A stretch of DNA of 64,000 bases from the human T2T-CHM13v2.0 reference genome, Homo sapiens: NCBI RefSeq assembly GCF_009914755.1, contig NC_060935.1; one strand, given 5' to 3'. This document shows, piece after piece, positions 40,385-54,106 of the stretch. The first letter of the stretch is position 1, and each line of letters starts with the position of its first letter. The translations under genes were made by a program, and so were the position numbers. Under the pieces are notes generated by a model that worked only from the letters and a program-made list of their open reading frames with translations, made no database searches and had not been told where the DNA came from.

Positions 40385-40905
40385 CATCATCCATTAATCA
40401 TCATGGGGTTTGACTCCAAGTAACATAAAACCTGACAGAGCTTTAGAAATACGGATTTCTTTCTTTTTTCTTCATCTTAAAAAACAAATGGAGGTCAATA
40501 GTTTCAGGTGAAGGTTCATTGACTCAACACGGTTGGAGCCTCCAGTGGCATGTCTGTAATTTTCTTGGCCTTTCCCTTATGATTGAAAGTGATTGAAGCA
40601 GCTCTACATCTCATCTTCACACTACACTCAAGGCAGGAAACCAGAGCTGGTTCAAAATACAAAAATTCACTTCCCTCTTCTCACTTTCTTTGAGCAAAAG
40701 CCTCTCCCAGTACCCCTCCCCGGCAGACCCCATATCCCATCAGACTGCTATTATGTCTCATTGCTCAGAATTAGGCTACATGACTGCCTTTAAACCAGTA
40801 GCCCAGCCCACCTCTTCTGCAAAAAAGAATACCAGGCTACTGTTTTAGGAAAGAAGACAGAAGAGAGATTTTTTAAGGATGTGAAACAAATAGTGCTGGC
40901 CACAG
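40385..40905 (-). mobile_element. Old MLT1 LTR
   Basis: Diverged motifs GCAGCTCTACATCTCATCTTCAC..TATGTCTCATTGCTCAGAATTAGGCTACATG..TGGCCACA. Confidence 0.55.
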
Positions 40906-41385
40906 ATCCTTAGCAAAAGGAAAAGGAACTAGGCATAGAAACAAATGAGATGGTACATATCTGATAAAAAATCAACTTGAAAATGGCAGGTATAAATGAC
41001 AAGGAAGGCGTACATTAAAATAGATAAGTGGTCCCTACCTGAAGGCATCTGCAATATGACAGGGTCAGTGTTTGAAGGGCATTTTCTACCCTATTAATAC
41101 GGAAAGAGAGAAAGAAAGAATAGAACAATTTATCACTATGGCAGAAGGTACACTTTAAATCAACTGGCATTTATTGAGCACTTATTACTTGTAAAGCTTT
41201 TTGCTAGTCAATGGGGACCATTCAGAAATCTGTCTTTCTCTTGTATTTTGGCCCCTTTGCTGCTCTTGATTTCCAAAAACCCATTCAATATATATAGGAA
41301 AGAATGTATCTGAGTTTTGAGACATTATTTAAAAGTGGCTAAATAGTCCCTGAATAAATTTTTTTTAAAAAACTGAGAAGGCAGG

Positions 41386-41775
41386 TGATATGGTTCAGCT
41401 GTGTCCCTGCCCAAATCTCATCTTGAATTGAAGCTCCCATAATCCCCACATGTTGTGGGAGGGACACTCTGGGAGGTAACTGAATCATGGGTGTAGTTTT
41501 CCCTATACTGTTCTTGTGGTAGTGAATAGGTCTCACGAGATCTGATGGTTTAATAAGGGAGCGGGTTAAAGAAGGCAGTCCCCTTTCAACTGGCTCTCAT
41601 TCTCTCCTTTTGCTTGCCGCTATGTAAGAAGTCCCTTTCCTCTTCCTTCATCTTCCGCTATGATTGTGAGGCCTCCCCAGCTGTGTGGAACTGTGAGTTC
41701 ATTAAACCTCTTTCCTTTATATATTGCCCAGTCTCAGGTATGTCTTTATCAGCAGCATGAAAATGGATGAATACA
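41386..41775 (+). mobile_element. THE1B solo LTR
   Basis: TGATATGGTT..AATACA with perfect 5-bp TSD GCAGG. Confidence 0.95.
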
Positions 41776-42951
41776 GCAGGTTTCTGAATTGTCATAGCGT
41801 AATCAAAGCTTCCCAGCTGGACGTCCAGCATACCGGTGCAAGGAGGAGGCAAACAGTGTATCTACTTGGGGCAGCCAAGCAGGGTCAAGGGTTAGTTACT
41901 GCCTGAAGTCGCTTCTGTTTACCCCCATGTGCCTTATGCATATTATCACTTACAATACTCTGCAATTGGAAAAGAGTTGGATAATCCTGCTATAAATGAC
42001 AGTTTGATATTGGACCATGGAAAACTTCTAAATGAATTATTAATTCCATAGTTTGCATACAACTGCGAAATAGAGAAATGATTATTTGGGGTCAGCATGC
42101 ATTCACCAGGACACCTACTCCCAAACAAATATTGTTTTCCTTTTGTTGAAACACTGAAATGGGTGGATACTCAAAATGGATTCTCTAATAATGCCATAGA
42201 AGTTAAGAAGAGACAGTGCTCTCTAAATCTTCACATAGCACATTAACATAAATTAACCAAGCCAACTCAAGAAATTGCACTGATTTTTAAAATTAACGAA
42301 CAGTTTCTGATTACCAAAATATCATGGTCACTCCCAAGATTTCATAATACAAACATTGTGTTCAGGGCTTTTCTATGAAACAAAAAGATTCCACAATGTC
42401 CTCTTCCCCAAGCATCTTCACAGAAGAAGTGGCATTTGAGTGGAGTCATAAGGAAGAAATGAAATTTTCTTATGTGTATCTGGGAGAACAATTCAAGTTG
42501 TACTACTCTTGTCAATCATTGTGTTTGTCGTCCATAGAAAGGAGGTGCATTCAAACACAGAAAGAACGCACCAAGTGACAATGAGAGAGCACAGTGGTGG
42601 GTACAGAGAACAGAAGAGAAGTAGAGGCTTTTCCATTTTACAAAAAGTTGAACTAAATCTGTACAATTAACTTCCTTTTTTCATAAGATAGCCAAAGTCG
42701 GCTGTTACTTCTCATAAGAGAAAGAGCCTACCTGAATCATACTGTAGCAGAAGAGTGTAGTAAGGCTAAGAGAGAAGAGGAAGTGTCATGTTTATTGGGA
42801 AAAGAGCACAGCTCAGCCTGACCAGTTGATTGGAGTACAGTATTTCTGGTATACATGGGTCACACTCACACACACATATTCATAATACTTTGTTAGGTTT
42901 TGTTCCTAATTTAATTAGGCAAGTATACATAATCTTTGGAAGCAAAGAGAC

Positions 42952-43314
42952 TGACATGGTTTGGCTCTGTGTGCCTACTCAAATCTCATGTCAAATTGTA
43001 ATTACCAATGTAGGGGGAGGGGACTGGTGGGAGGTGATTGCATCATGGGGACAGATTTTTCCCTTGCAGTTCTCATGATAGTGAGTGAGACCTGGTTGTT
43101 TAAAAGTGTATAGCTTTCTCTTCTCTCTTACTCTACCATATGAAGTAAACGCTTGCTTCCCCTTCACCCTTCTGCCATGATTGTAAGTTTCCTGAGGGCT
43201 CCCCAACCATGCTTTCTGTACAGCCTGTGAAACTGAGTCAATTAAACCTCTTTTCGTCATATATTACGTAGTCTCAGGTATGCCTTTATAGTAGTGCAAG
43301 AATGGAGTAATACA
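42952..43314 (+). mobile_element. MSTA-like solo LTR
   Basis: TGACATGGTTTGGCTCTGTGT..GAATGGAGTAATACA; TSD GAGAC/AAGAC. Confidence 0.9.
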
Positions 43315-43384
43315 AAGACTATAGAGGCAGGGTAAAAGCAGATGAAGCAAGTTATCTCAGAAAAGATTTCCTTATTCCCCAAAG

Positions 43385-44818
43385 TGAGAGGTGACAGCAT
43401 GCTGGCGGCCCTCACAGCCCTGGCTCGCTCTCCGTGCCTCCTCGCCCTGGGCGCCCATTCTGGCTGTGCTTGAGGAGCCCTTCACCCTGCCGCTGCACCA
43501 TGGGAGCCCTTCTCTGGGCTGGCTGAGGCCGGAGCCAGCTGCCTCGGCTTGCGAGGAGGTGTGGAGGGAGAGGCACGGGCAGGAACCGGGGATGCGTGTG
43601 GCGCTTGTGGGCCAGCGCCAGTTCCTGGTGGGTGTGGGCTCTGCGGCCCCGCATTCAGAGCGGCTGGCCCGCCTGCAAGCCCCGGGCAGTGAGGGGCTTA
43701 GCATCTGGGCCAGCAGCTGTTGTGCTTGATTTCTCGCCAGGCCTTAGCTGCCTCCCCGTGGGGCAGGGCTCGGGACCTGCAGCCCGCCATGCCTGAGCCT
43801 CCCCCCAAACCCGCCATGGGCTCCCACGCAGCCCAAGCCTCCCGGACCCGAGCACCACTCCCTGCCCCATGGCTCCCAGTCTCATCCACCGCCCAAGAGC
43901 TGAGAAGTGCAGGCCCACGGTGTGGGACTGGCAGGCAGCTGCACCTGCAGCCCCAGTGCGGAATCCACTGGGTGAAGCCAGCTGGGCTCCTGAGTCTAGT
44001 GGGGACTTGGAGAACCTTTATGTCTAGCTAAGGGATTGTAAATACACCATTCAGCACTCTGTATCTAGCTCAAGGTTTGTAAACACACCAATCAGCACCC
44101 TGTGTCTAGCTCAGGGTTTGTGGATGCACCAATCGGCACTCTGTATCTAGCTAATCTGGTGGGGACTTGGGAGAATCTCTGTGTCTAGCTAAGGGATTAT
44201 GAATACACCAATGGGCACTCTGTATCTAGCTCAAGGTTTGTAAATGCACCAATCAGCACTCTGTGTCTAGCTCAGGGTTTGTAAATACACGAATCCACAC
44301 TCTGTATCTAGCTAATCTAGTGGGGACCTGTAAAACTTTTGTGTCTAGGTCAGGGATTGTAAATGTACCAATCAGCACCCTGTCAAAATGGACCAATCAG
44401 CTCCGTGTAAAACAGACCACTCGGCTCTCTCTAAATTGGACCAATCAGCAGGATGTGGGTGGGGCCAGATAAGAGAATAAAAGCACGCTGCCCGAGCCAG
44501 CAGTGGCAACCGGCTTGGGTCTCCTTCCACACTGTGGAAGATTTGTTCTTTCACTCTTTGCAATAAATCTTGCTGCTGCTCCCTCTTTGAGTCCGCACTG
44601 CTTTTATGAGCTGTAGCACTCACCGTGAAGGTCTGCAGCTTCACTCCTGAGACAGCGAGACCATGAACCCACTAGAAGGAAGAAACTCCAAACATATCTG
44701 AACATCAGAAGGAACAAACTCTGACATGCCGCCTTTAAGAACTGTAACACTCACCACGAGGGTCTGTGGCTTCATTCTTGAAGTCAGTGAGACCAAGAGC
44801 CCACCAATTCTAGACACA
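43385..44818 (+). mobile_element. LTR12C (ERV9) solo LTR
   Basis: TGAGAGGTGACAGCATGCTGGC..CCACCAATTCTAGACACA; GC-rich U3; tandem CCAAT repeats; TSD AAAG. Confidence 0.95.
43996..44510 (+). promoter_or_regulatory. LTR12 U3 enhancer/promoter (CCAAT array, GC box, GATA, AATAAA-type TATA)
   Basis: Seven CCAAT boxes at 44088-44445, then GGGTGGGGCC, AGATAAG and AATAAAAG; promoter role inferred from the ERV9 family. Confidence 0.65.
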
Positions 44819-45164
44819 AAAGTTTCCCCAAAATACATGTAGCTATGAGTTATACTGTCCAGGAAATGTAAGATCTTCCCTCTCTTAGATTGTTCAGTAC
44901 TTACTGTGACCCTGTCCTATACTTAGGGATAATATTGTTCTGGAAAAGAAGTAGTGTTTGAGAGCAGTGTCTGTACTAGCTTTTACAACCTGTATGACTA
45001 ATACATGTGTTTCTTAACCTACACATGCCTTAGTTTCTTCAACCACAAAATAGATAAAACAGGATTATATCTGTCCTGCTCCTTTGAAAAACAGAAACAA
45101 ACAACTGATTTTGTTTTGTTCTCTATTTTTCATTTCAGTCCTGACTTCCTTGTTTTCATATTTA

Positions 45165-47411
45165 CAAACACCTGAGACTGGGTAATTTATAAAGGGAAGA
45201 GGTTTAATGGACTTACAGTTCCACGTGGCTGGGGAGGCCTCAGGAAACTTACAATTATGGTGAAAGGCAAGGGGGAAGCAAGGACCTTCCTCACATGGTG
45301 GCAGGAGAGAGAAGTACAAGCAGGGAAATGCCAGGTGCTTATAAAACCATGAGATCTCATGAGACCTCACTAACTATTATGACAACAGCATGAGGGAAAC
45401 TGCCCCCATGATCCAATCACCTCCAACTGTGTCCCTCCCTCAACATGTTGGGATTATGAGGATTACAATTCAAGATGAGGTTTGGGTGGGAACACAGCCA
45501 TACCATATCATTCTACCCCTGGCCCCTCCCAAATCTAATGACCTCACATTTCAAAATGCAGTCACACCTTGCCAACAGTCCTCCTAAGTCTTAACTCATT
45601 CCAGCATTAACCCAAAAGCCCACAGTCCAAAGTCTCATCTTAGGCAAGGCAAGTCCTTTCCACCTAGGAGCCTGTAAAATCAAAAGTAAATTAGTTACTT
45701 CCAAGATACAATGAGGGTACAGCCATTGTATAAATGCTCCCATTCCAAAGGGGGAGAAATTGGACAAAACAAAGGGCTACAGGCCCCATACAGGTCTGAA
45801 ATCCAGCAGGGCTGTCATTACATCTTAAAGTTCCAAAATAATCCCCTTTGACTCCATGTCTCACATGCAGGGCATGCTGATGCAAAGGGTGGTCTCCCAC
45901 AGCCTTGGGCAGCTCTGCCCCTGTGGCTTTGCAGGGTACTGCCTACCATCCTGGCTGCCTTCATGGCTGGCATTGAGTGTCTGTGGCTTTTCCAGGCACA
46001 CTCTGTAAGCTGTCAGTGGGTCTATCCTTCTGGGGTCTGAAATATGGTGGCCCTCTTCTCACGGCTCCTCAAGGCACTGCCCCAGTGGGGACTCTGTGTA
46101 GGGACTCCAACCCCACATTTCCCTTCTGCACTGCCCTAGCAGAGGTTCTCCATGAGGACTCTGCCCCTGCAGCACACCTGTGCCTGGACATCCAGGCATT
46201 TCCATACATTCTCTGAAATCTAGGCAGAGGTTCCCAAACCTCAATTCTTCTGTGCACCTCAGGACCAACACCACATGGCAGCTTCCATGGGTTGGGTTTT
46301 GCACCTTCTGGAACAATGGCCTAAGCTGTATCTTTGCCCCTTTTAGCTACACCTGGAGCAACTAGGATGCAGGGCACCAATCTTGAGGCTGTGCACAGCA
46401 GGGGGTCCCTGGACCTGGCCTGTAAAACCATTTTTTCCTCCTAGACCGCCAGGCCTCTGATGAGAGTGGCTGCCACCAAGATCTCTGACATGCCTCGGAG
46501 ATATTTTCCCCATTGTCTTGGTGTTTAACATTTGGCTCCTCACTATTTATGCAAATTTCTACATCAGGCTTGAATTTCTCCCCAGAAAATGGGTTTTTCT
46601 TTTCTATTGCATCATTGGGCTGCAAAATTTCCAAACTCTTATGCTCTGCTTCCCTTTTAAACATAAGTTACAATTTCAGATTATCTCTCTCAAGTTCAAA
46701 GTTCCACAGATCTCTAGGGCAGGGGCAAAATGCCACCAGTCTCTTTTCTAAAGCATACCAAGAATGGCCTTTGCTCCTGTTCCCAATAAATTCCTCATCT
46801 CTGTCTAAGACCACCTCAGCTAGGACTTTATTGTCCACATCACTATCAGCATTTTGGTCAAAACCATTCAACAAGTCTCCAGGAAGTTCGTAGGCTTAGA
46901 TGCACATCTGCACATCTTTCTATCTTCTTCTGAACCCTCCACACTGTTTCATCTTCTGTTACCCAGTTCCAAAATTGTGTCCACATTTTTGGGTATCTTT
47001 GTGGAAATATCCCACTCTCTCTGGTACCAATTTACTGTGTTAGTTCATTTTCACAACTGCTATAAAGAAATACCCAAGACCAAGTAATTTATAAAGAAAA
47101 GAGGTTTAATTGGCTTAACAGTTCCACATGGCTAGGGAGACCTCAGGAGACTTATAATTATAACGTAAGGTGAAGGGGAAGCAAGGACCTTCTTCACATG
47201 GCTGCAGGGAAGAGAAGTGCAAGCAGGGGACATGCTAGACGCTTATAAACCATCAGATCTCATGAGAACTCACTCACTATCATGAGAACAGCATGGAAGA
47301 AACTGCCCACATGATCCTATCACCTCCCACCATCTCTCTCCCTTAACATAGGGATTATGGAGATTACAACTCAAGATGAGATTTGAGTGGGGATGTAGCC
47401 AAACCATATAA
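45165..47411 (-). mobile_element. THE1D-like MaLR provirus (LTR-int-LTR)
   Basis: LTRs at about 45165-45510 (outer end eroded) and 47036-47411 flank about 1.5 kb of THE1/MST internal sequence. Confidence 0.9.
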
Positions 47412-47534
47412 TTCCCCTTCAGTTAAAAAGGCACTTTCACAAATTTTGCCACATTGTCATTTATAATTATTCCACCATAAGGGTATTGTTTCCAATATAT
47501 GGATCAGGAATACACAAGTCAGATAAATACTTCA

Positions 47535-47676
47535 CCAGTGTACAAACATTACAAATCACCATATCTTATAAATATTCCAATTCACATTCAGTAAGTCTGA
47601 GGCCAGATCTGAGAATTTACATTTCTAACATCCTCCCAGATACACTGAGGCTGCTGGCCTAGAGACTACACTTTGG
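47535..47676. mobile_element. MER5A-like MITE
   Basis: ATTCAGTAAGTCTGAGG..CTGAGAATTTACATTTCTAACA..GCTGCTGGCCTAGAGACTACACTTTG. Confidence 0.7.
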
Positions 47677-49630
47677 ATTTAGTATTAACATTAAAAAGAG
47701 GGTCTACAAATTACTCTCAGGTATTCTGATAGTATATTCCATTTTTCCTCACAGCAAATCACTATTCAGTTCACGTGCTTATACCTACCATAACGTTTTA
47801 TTGAAGTAATAATTTTGTACCACTATCTTCTGAGATGCTATTTTGTACTTATTATAAGTATTATTAGGTATAAAACACAAATAGAACATTTATCTTACAT
47901 AACAGTGGCATGTGTGATTATAATGCATGAATGTAATATATACAGAGAGTGAGATATAATTCTTAGGTTCCTTTTTTATAGACAAAATGATATTTGATTT
48001 AAAGGTCATTGTCAGGTAGGCATGAGATTTAGGGATGCCACTATCTCTTCTCCTAATATTTCCACCTGGTTTTGAGGCTCAGATTTGACCTATGCTTAGA
48101 GTGCAGAAAGTTGTGTCATTAAAATGCAGTTATAGTCTCAAAAGTGCCACTCTCCTATTTGTTCCAAACTGTAGTTTAGTGCTACAATTGCTGACTTTAC
48201 CTACAAAAATACATTGTTCTCCTGCTAGCACTGCAAATTCTAATGAGCAATGGACTGGTAACACCAAATTCCATTGTGAATTAGAATTGTCAGCACAGTT
48301 CTGATGGCTGAATCTCTGCAACTTTGCGAAAGGTACTCATTGCTTCACTGTGAAGTAGAGAACTGTGTAGTTTAGGAAGACTGATTTTTGGATTGCAAAT
48401 TCAGCTCATTAAGGGTAGATGGATGCTTCTGATTCAGTGTACATAAAGTCAATGTCATCATTTTTATTTGTACTTTTTGAAACCGGAAAATGCATCTTAA
48501 AACATATTTTAAAAAGTCATCAGTCACAATCTTTGATTATCACAATTTAGTGTACATAATTTCATGTATCCTTTTTATGTATCATTAATTTAACTGTTGC
48601 CAGATAAAAAAATTAGATAATGTTCTCATACTCCATTTCTTGGTTCAAAAATGATACAAAATGATAGCAAAGTGTTGTACACTGTCTCGAGCATGACATA
48701 ATAGAAATAACTAAATATTGATTTTAACACAGCAGGTTTTACCAATATTCAATTATTCTAAAATTTGATCAATTTCAAGGCAATCAAAACAATGCCACAG
48801 TGATTTGCTGATCTTTATTTTAATTTTCAGTTATAAATTTTTTAAAAAATTTAGACCTCAAATTTATTCTATATTTGCAACTTGCTGCCCATTGCTACAG
48901 AGTGCATTATAACAATGAAGTGATACTAAATTTTCCTAATTTTAACTTGATATCATGCTCCCACATTGTGTATCACATAGATATCCCACATGGTATATCA
49001 CCATGCCTTTCAAATCCTTTCAAAAATGTCATGAACTTTTGTTTCACCTCTATCTGGAATGCCCTTTTCTGCCAGCTATATTTTCCTTATTATTTTTTAC
49101 TAATTTTTTAATCTTGACATAATTGTAGATTCACATGTGGCTGTATGAAATAGTACAGAGAGATCTCATGTACCTTTCACCAAGTTCTCCCAATCTTGCA
49201 AAACATCTTTCAAAGCTATAATACAATACCACAACCAAAATCACGACATTGATAGAGCCAAGATATGGAAAATATCCATCGCCAAAAGGATCTTTTATGC
49301 TTCTTTTTACAGCCACGACCACTTTCCTCCTCTCTTCCACCTTAAAGCCTAGGAATTATTCATATGTTCTTCATTTTGACAATTTTGTCATTTCAAGAAT
49401 GTTATGTATAAATTGTATCATGCAGTGTGTAATCTTTGAGAATTTGCTTTATTTTCATTCAAAATAGCTCTGTGGAGACATATAAGTTGTCATATGTATC
49501 AATGCCTTGTTCTGTATATTATTGAGTAGTATGCTTGATGTTTATTACTACAGATTGTTTATCTTTTCACCAGTTTAAAGGTGTATGGGCTGTTTTCAGC
49601 TTGGAATTATTGTGAATAACACTTCTATGA

Positions 49631-49942
<312 letters not shown>

Positions 49943-50162
49943 CTATGAACATTTCCATGTAAGTTTTTATGTGGATGCAAGTTTTTGTCTCTCTGAAATA
50001 TATGCCCAGGAGTCTAATTGTTGGATGATATAACAGTTGCATGGTTAGTTTTTTCAAAGCAAATGAAAAGTTGCTTTACATAGAACCTGTAACATTCTGT
50101 GTTCCTATCAACAACCCAACAGCTTCTCTGCATCCACACTAGCATTTGGTGTTGTCACTATG

Positions 50163-50288
50163 GTTTTTAGTTTTATTTTTGTTTTTTAAGGACAGGTCCT
50201 CACTTTGTTGTACAAGCTGGACTTGAACTGAGCTCAAACCATACTCCCTAGTAGCTGGGAATACAGGCATGGGCCATTATGCATGACT
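50163..50288 (-). mobile_element. FLAM-like Alu monomer (old)
   Basis: ACAGGTCCTCACTTTGTTG..GTAGCTGGGAATACAGGCATG; TSD-like TGTCACTAT/TGCCACTAT. Confidence 0.7.
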
Positions 50289-50543
50289 ACTGCCACTATT
50301 TTTTTCATTTTAACCATTCTGATAAACATGCAATAATATCTATTATAACTTTAGTTTAAATTTCCCTAATGGCTAATGATGTTGAACATCTTTTTATTTA
50401 TTTTATGCCATCTCTATGTCCTTTGTTGAACTACTGAAATATATATCTGTGTCTTTGCTCATTTTCTGATTAAGTTGTTTAAATTTTTCTTTTCTATTTT
50501 TGAGATTTGAGAGTTCTTTATATATTGTATATACTAGCCTTTT

Positions 50544-50688
50544 GGGTTTTTGTTGTTGTTGTTGTTGTTTGTAGAGACAGGTTTTCATCATGTTGCCCAG
50601 GCTGATCTCGAACTCCTAGGCTCAAGCAATCTGCCCACCTCAGCCTCCCAAAGTGCGGGGTTACAGGAGTGAGCCACTGTGCCCAGCC
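50544..50688 (-). mobile_element. FLAM_C Alu monomer
   Basis: Left monomer with (TTG)n tail; 16-bp TSD TATA(T/C)ACTAGCCTTTT. Confidence 0.9.
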
Positions 50689-50737
50689 TATACACTAGCC
50701 TTTTGTTAGATATTCCATTTGCCAATATTTTCTCTGA

Positions 50738-51091
<354 letters not shown>

Positions 51092-51249
51092 ATAAATGCT
51101 TTTCTTTTATGGGTCATGCTTTTGGTAGAAAGTCTTTTTGCCTAGACCTAAACACAAAACATTTTCTCAAAATTATTTTTTAAGAACTTCACATTTAAGC
51201 TCATATTTCATTTTTACTGTATTTCTCAGGCATGATATTTCAGTCAAGG

Positions 51250-51250
<1 letters not shown>

Positions 51251-51286
<36 letters not shown>
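51251..51286. repeat. (TG)18 microsatellite
   Basis: Pure TG run. Confidence 0.97.
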
Positions 51287-51290
<4 letters not shown>

Positions 51291-51582
51291 GTCAATTGGC
51301 TATGGATATCCAATTGTTCTCACATAATTAGTTGAAAAGGCTATCATTTCTCCATTGAATTGGATTTGCACCTTTGTAAAAAAATCAGCTGGGCATATTT
51401 GTGTGGATTGATTTCTGGGTTTTCTATTCAGTTCTATTGAACTATGTGTATCTCTCCACAGTCTTGATTTCTCTAATTGTACAATAAACATTGAAGTAAG
51501 GTAGACTGATTCCCCCTGCTTATTTCTTCATTTTTCAAAATTGTCCTCATTATTCTAGTTCTTTTGTCTTTCCATGTAAATT

Positions 51583-51683
51583 TTATAACAATATTGTCTA
51601 TAACTGCAAGATATCTTGTTATAACAATATTGTCTATAAGTGCAAGATATCTTGTTATAACAATATTGTCTATAAGTGCAAGA
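51583..51683. repeat. 36-bp minisatellite, 2.8 copies
   Basis: TTATAACAATATTGTCTATAA(C/G)TGCAAGATATCTTG repeated. Confidence 0.95.
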
Positions 51684-52949
51684 ATTTTGACAGGATTGTG
51701 TTAAAACTGAATATCAATTTGGGGAGAATTCACATATTTACTTTGTTGTGTCTACCAACCAATGAACATGGTATGTCTCTCTTTTCATTTAGATCTTGAT
51801 TTCTTTCATCAACATTTTAGCATAAAAATTCTTTTTAATTCTTTACAGCTAAGAATTCCATTTCTTCACCAACTATAAATAGTATGTTTTCTTTTTTAAA
51901 TTTGAGTTTCCCCATGTTTATTGCTGGTATATGGAAATACTTTTTTTTTGTAAATTTATGTTGCGTCCTTTGATAATGATGAACTCCTATTTTATCTCAT
52001 ATCTAAAAGTTTTGTTGTAGATTTCTTGGTGTTTTCTACACCAATAGAGAGTCATTTCATCTGTAAATGGAGACAGTTTTATTTTTTCCTTTGTTATTTC
52101 TATGCTTTTCACTTCCTTTTCTTACTTTCTTGTACTTAAAGAACTTCCAGCCCAATACTGAATAACAGTGATAAGAGCAGACATCCTTGCCTGGTGACTG
52201 ACCTTAGGGGGAAATAATTCATTATTATACCATTAAATATAATGTGAACTATGCACTTTTTATAAGTGCTCTTTATCACATAATAAAAGTTTTCCTCTAT
52301 TACTGTATTCCTAAACTTTTCATTATTAAAAATTATTGAATTTTCTCAAATACACTTCTGTACTAAATGACATGCTTGTGAGATTTTCCCTTTTTTAGCT
52401 TGCTATTATGATGGATTATAATAATCAATTTTTGGATATTAAACCAGTCTTGAATTGCTGTAATAAACTTTGCTTGATCATGGTGTATAATTCTTTTTAT
52501 ACATTGATAAATTCATTTACTATTGTTTAGTTAAATATTTTCACATTTTTATTTATAAAAATATTGAGCTACAGTTTTATCTTTTTCTGTGATGTCTTTG
52601 TCTGCATCTGGCATCAGGGTAATAATACCTTTATAAAATAAGTTAGAAAGTATTCTCTTCTTTCATATTTTGTGGAAAATATTGCGTACACTTCATTTCA
52701 ATTCTTTAAATATTTTGAACAATTATTTGGTGAAACATTCAGGGTCTAGATATTTCTTTTGTGACAGTTTTTCAATTACAAACACAATTTTCTCAATAGT
52801 TGTAGGGCTATTCCGATGATCTATCTTGTAACATGCAGTTTTAATAGTTCATGCATTTCAAGAAATTGGTCCATTTTGTACAATTCACCTTTTTTGTGTG
52901 TAGAGTTGTAGAGTTGTTCATGGAATTTTTTTTAATAATCTTTCTCTTA

Positions 52950-53512
<563 letters not shown>

Positions 53513-53564
53513 TTTAGAAAATAAAGCTGTTAGAAATGTATATATGAGTCATCTTTCACATGTA

Positions 53565-54106
53565 CATTTTTACTGTAAATTGACAATTTATGAATGTAGA
53601 AATGTATGGGGTACAAAATTATTTATAATTTATATTTTTGATTTATGAATACAATGTGCAATAATTAAATCAAACTCATTAACATAGCTATCACCTCACA
53701 TACTTAACAGGTTTTGTTGTGAAAATTTTTGAAATTTACTTTCCTAGCAATTTTGAAATGTATCATATGCTATTATTAATTACATTCAAGATGCTGTACA
53801 ATGTGACTCAAAAAATAAAAATATATTCCTACAACCTAATGGACATTTTGTATCCTTTGACCATCGTGTCTGTACTCTCTTCACCTCTGGCCTCCATAAC
53901 AACCATTCTGCCCTCTGCAACTATGAGACTGATTGTTTTAGATTCCACATGTAAATGAGAACATGCGATAGCTATCCTTCTGTGCCTGATTTATTTCACT
54001 TACTATAACTTTCTCTAATTCCATCCATGTTGTCACAAATGGAAGAATGTCCTTCCTTTCTTAAGGCTGAATAGTATTTCATTCTGTGTATGACTGAATT
54101 TTCTTT
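53565..54106 (-). mobile_element. L1MA 3' end (continues at 62844)
   Basis: TATGGGGTACAA..ATCACCTCACATACTTA..TTTAGATTCCACATGTAAATGAGAACATG..AAGGCTGAATAGTATTTCATT. Confidence 0.85.

Noticed and set aside
43390-44030. CpG-island promoter of a host gene with overlapping ORFs
   Set aside because: It lies wholly within the LTR12C U3. GC-rich DNA gives long chance ORFs.
51583-51683. CRISPR-like array (36-bp palindromic repeats)
   Set aside because: Units are directly adjacent with no spacers, there are no cas genes, and the context is primate L1.
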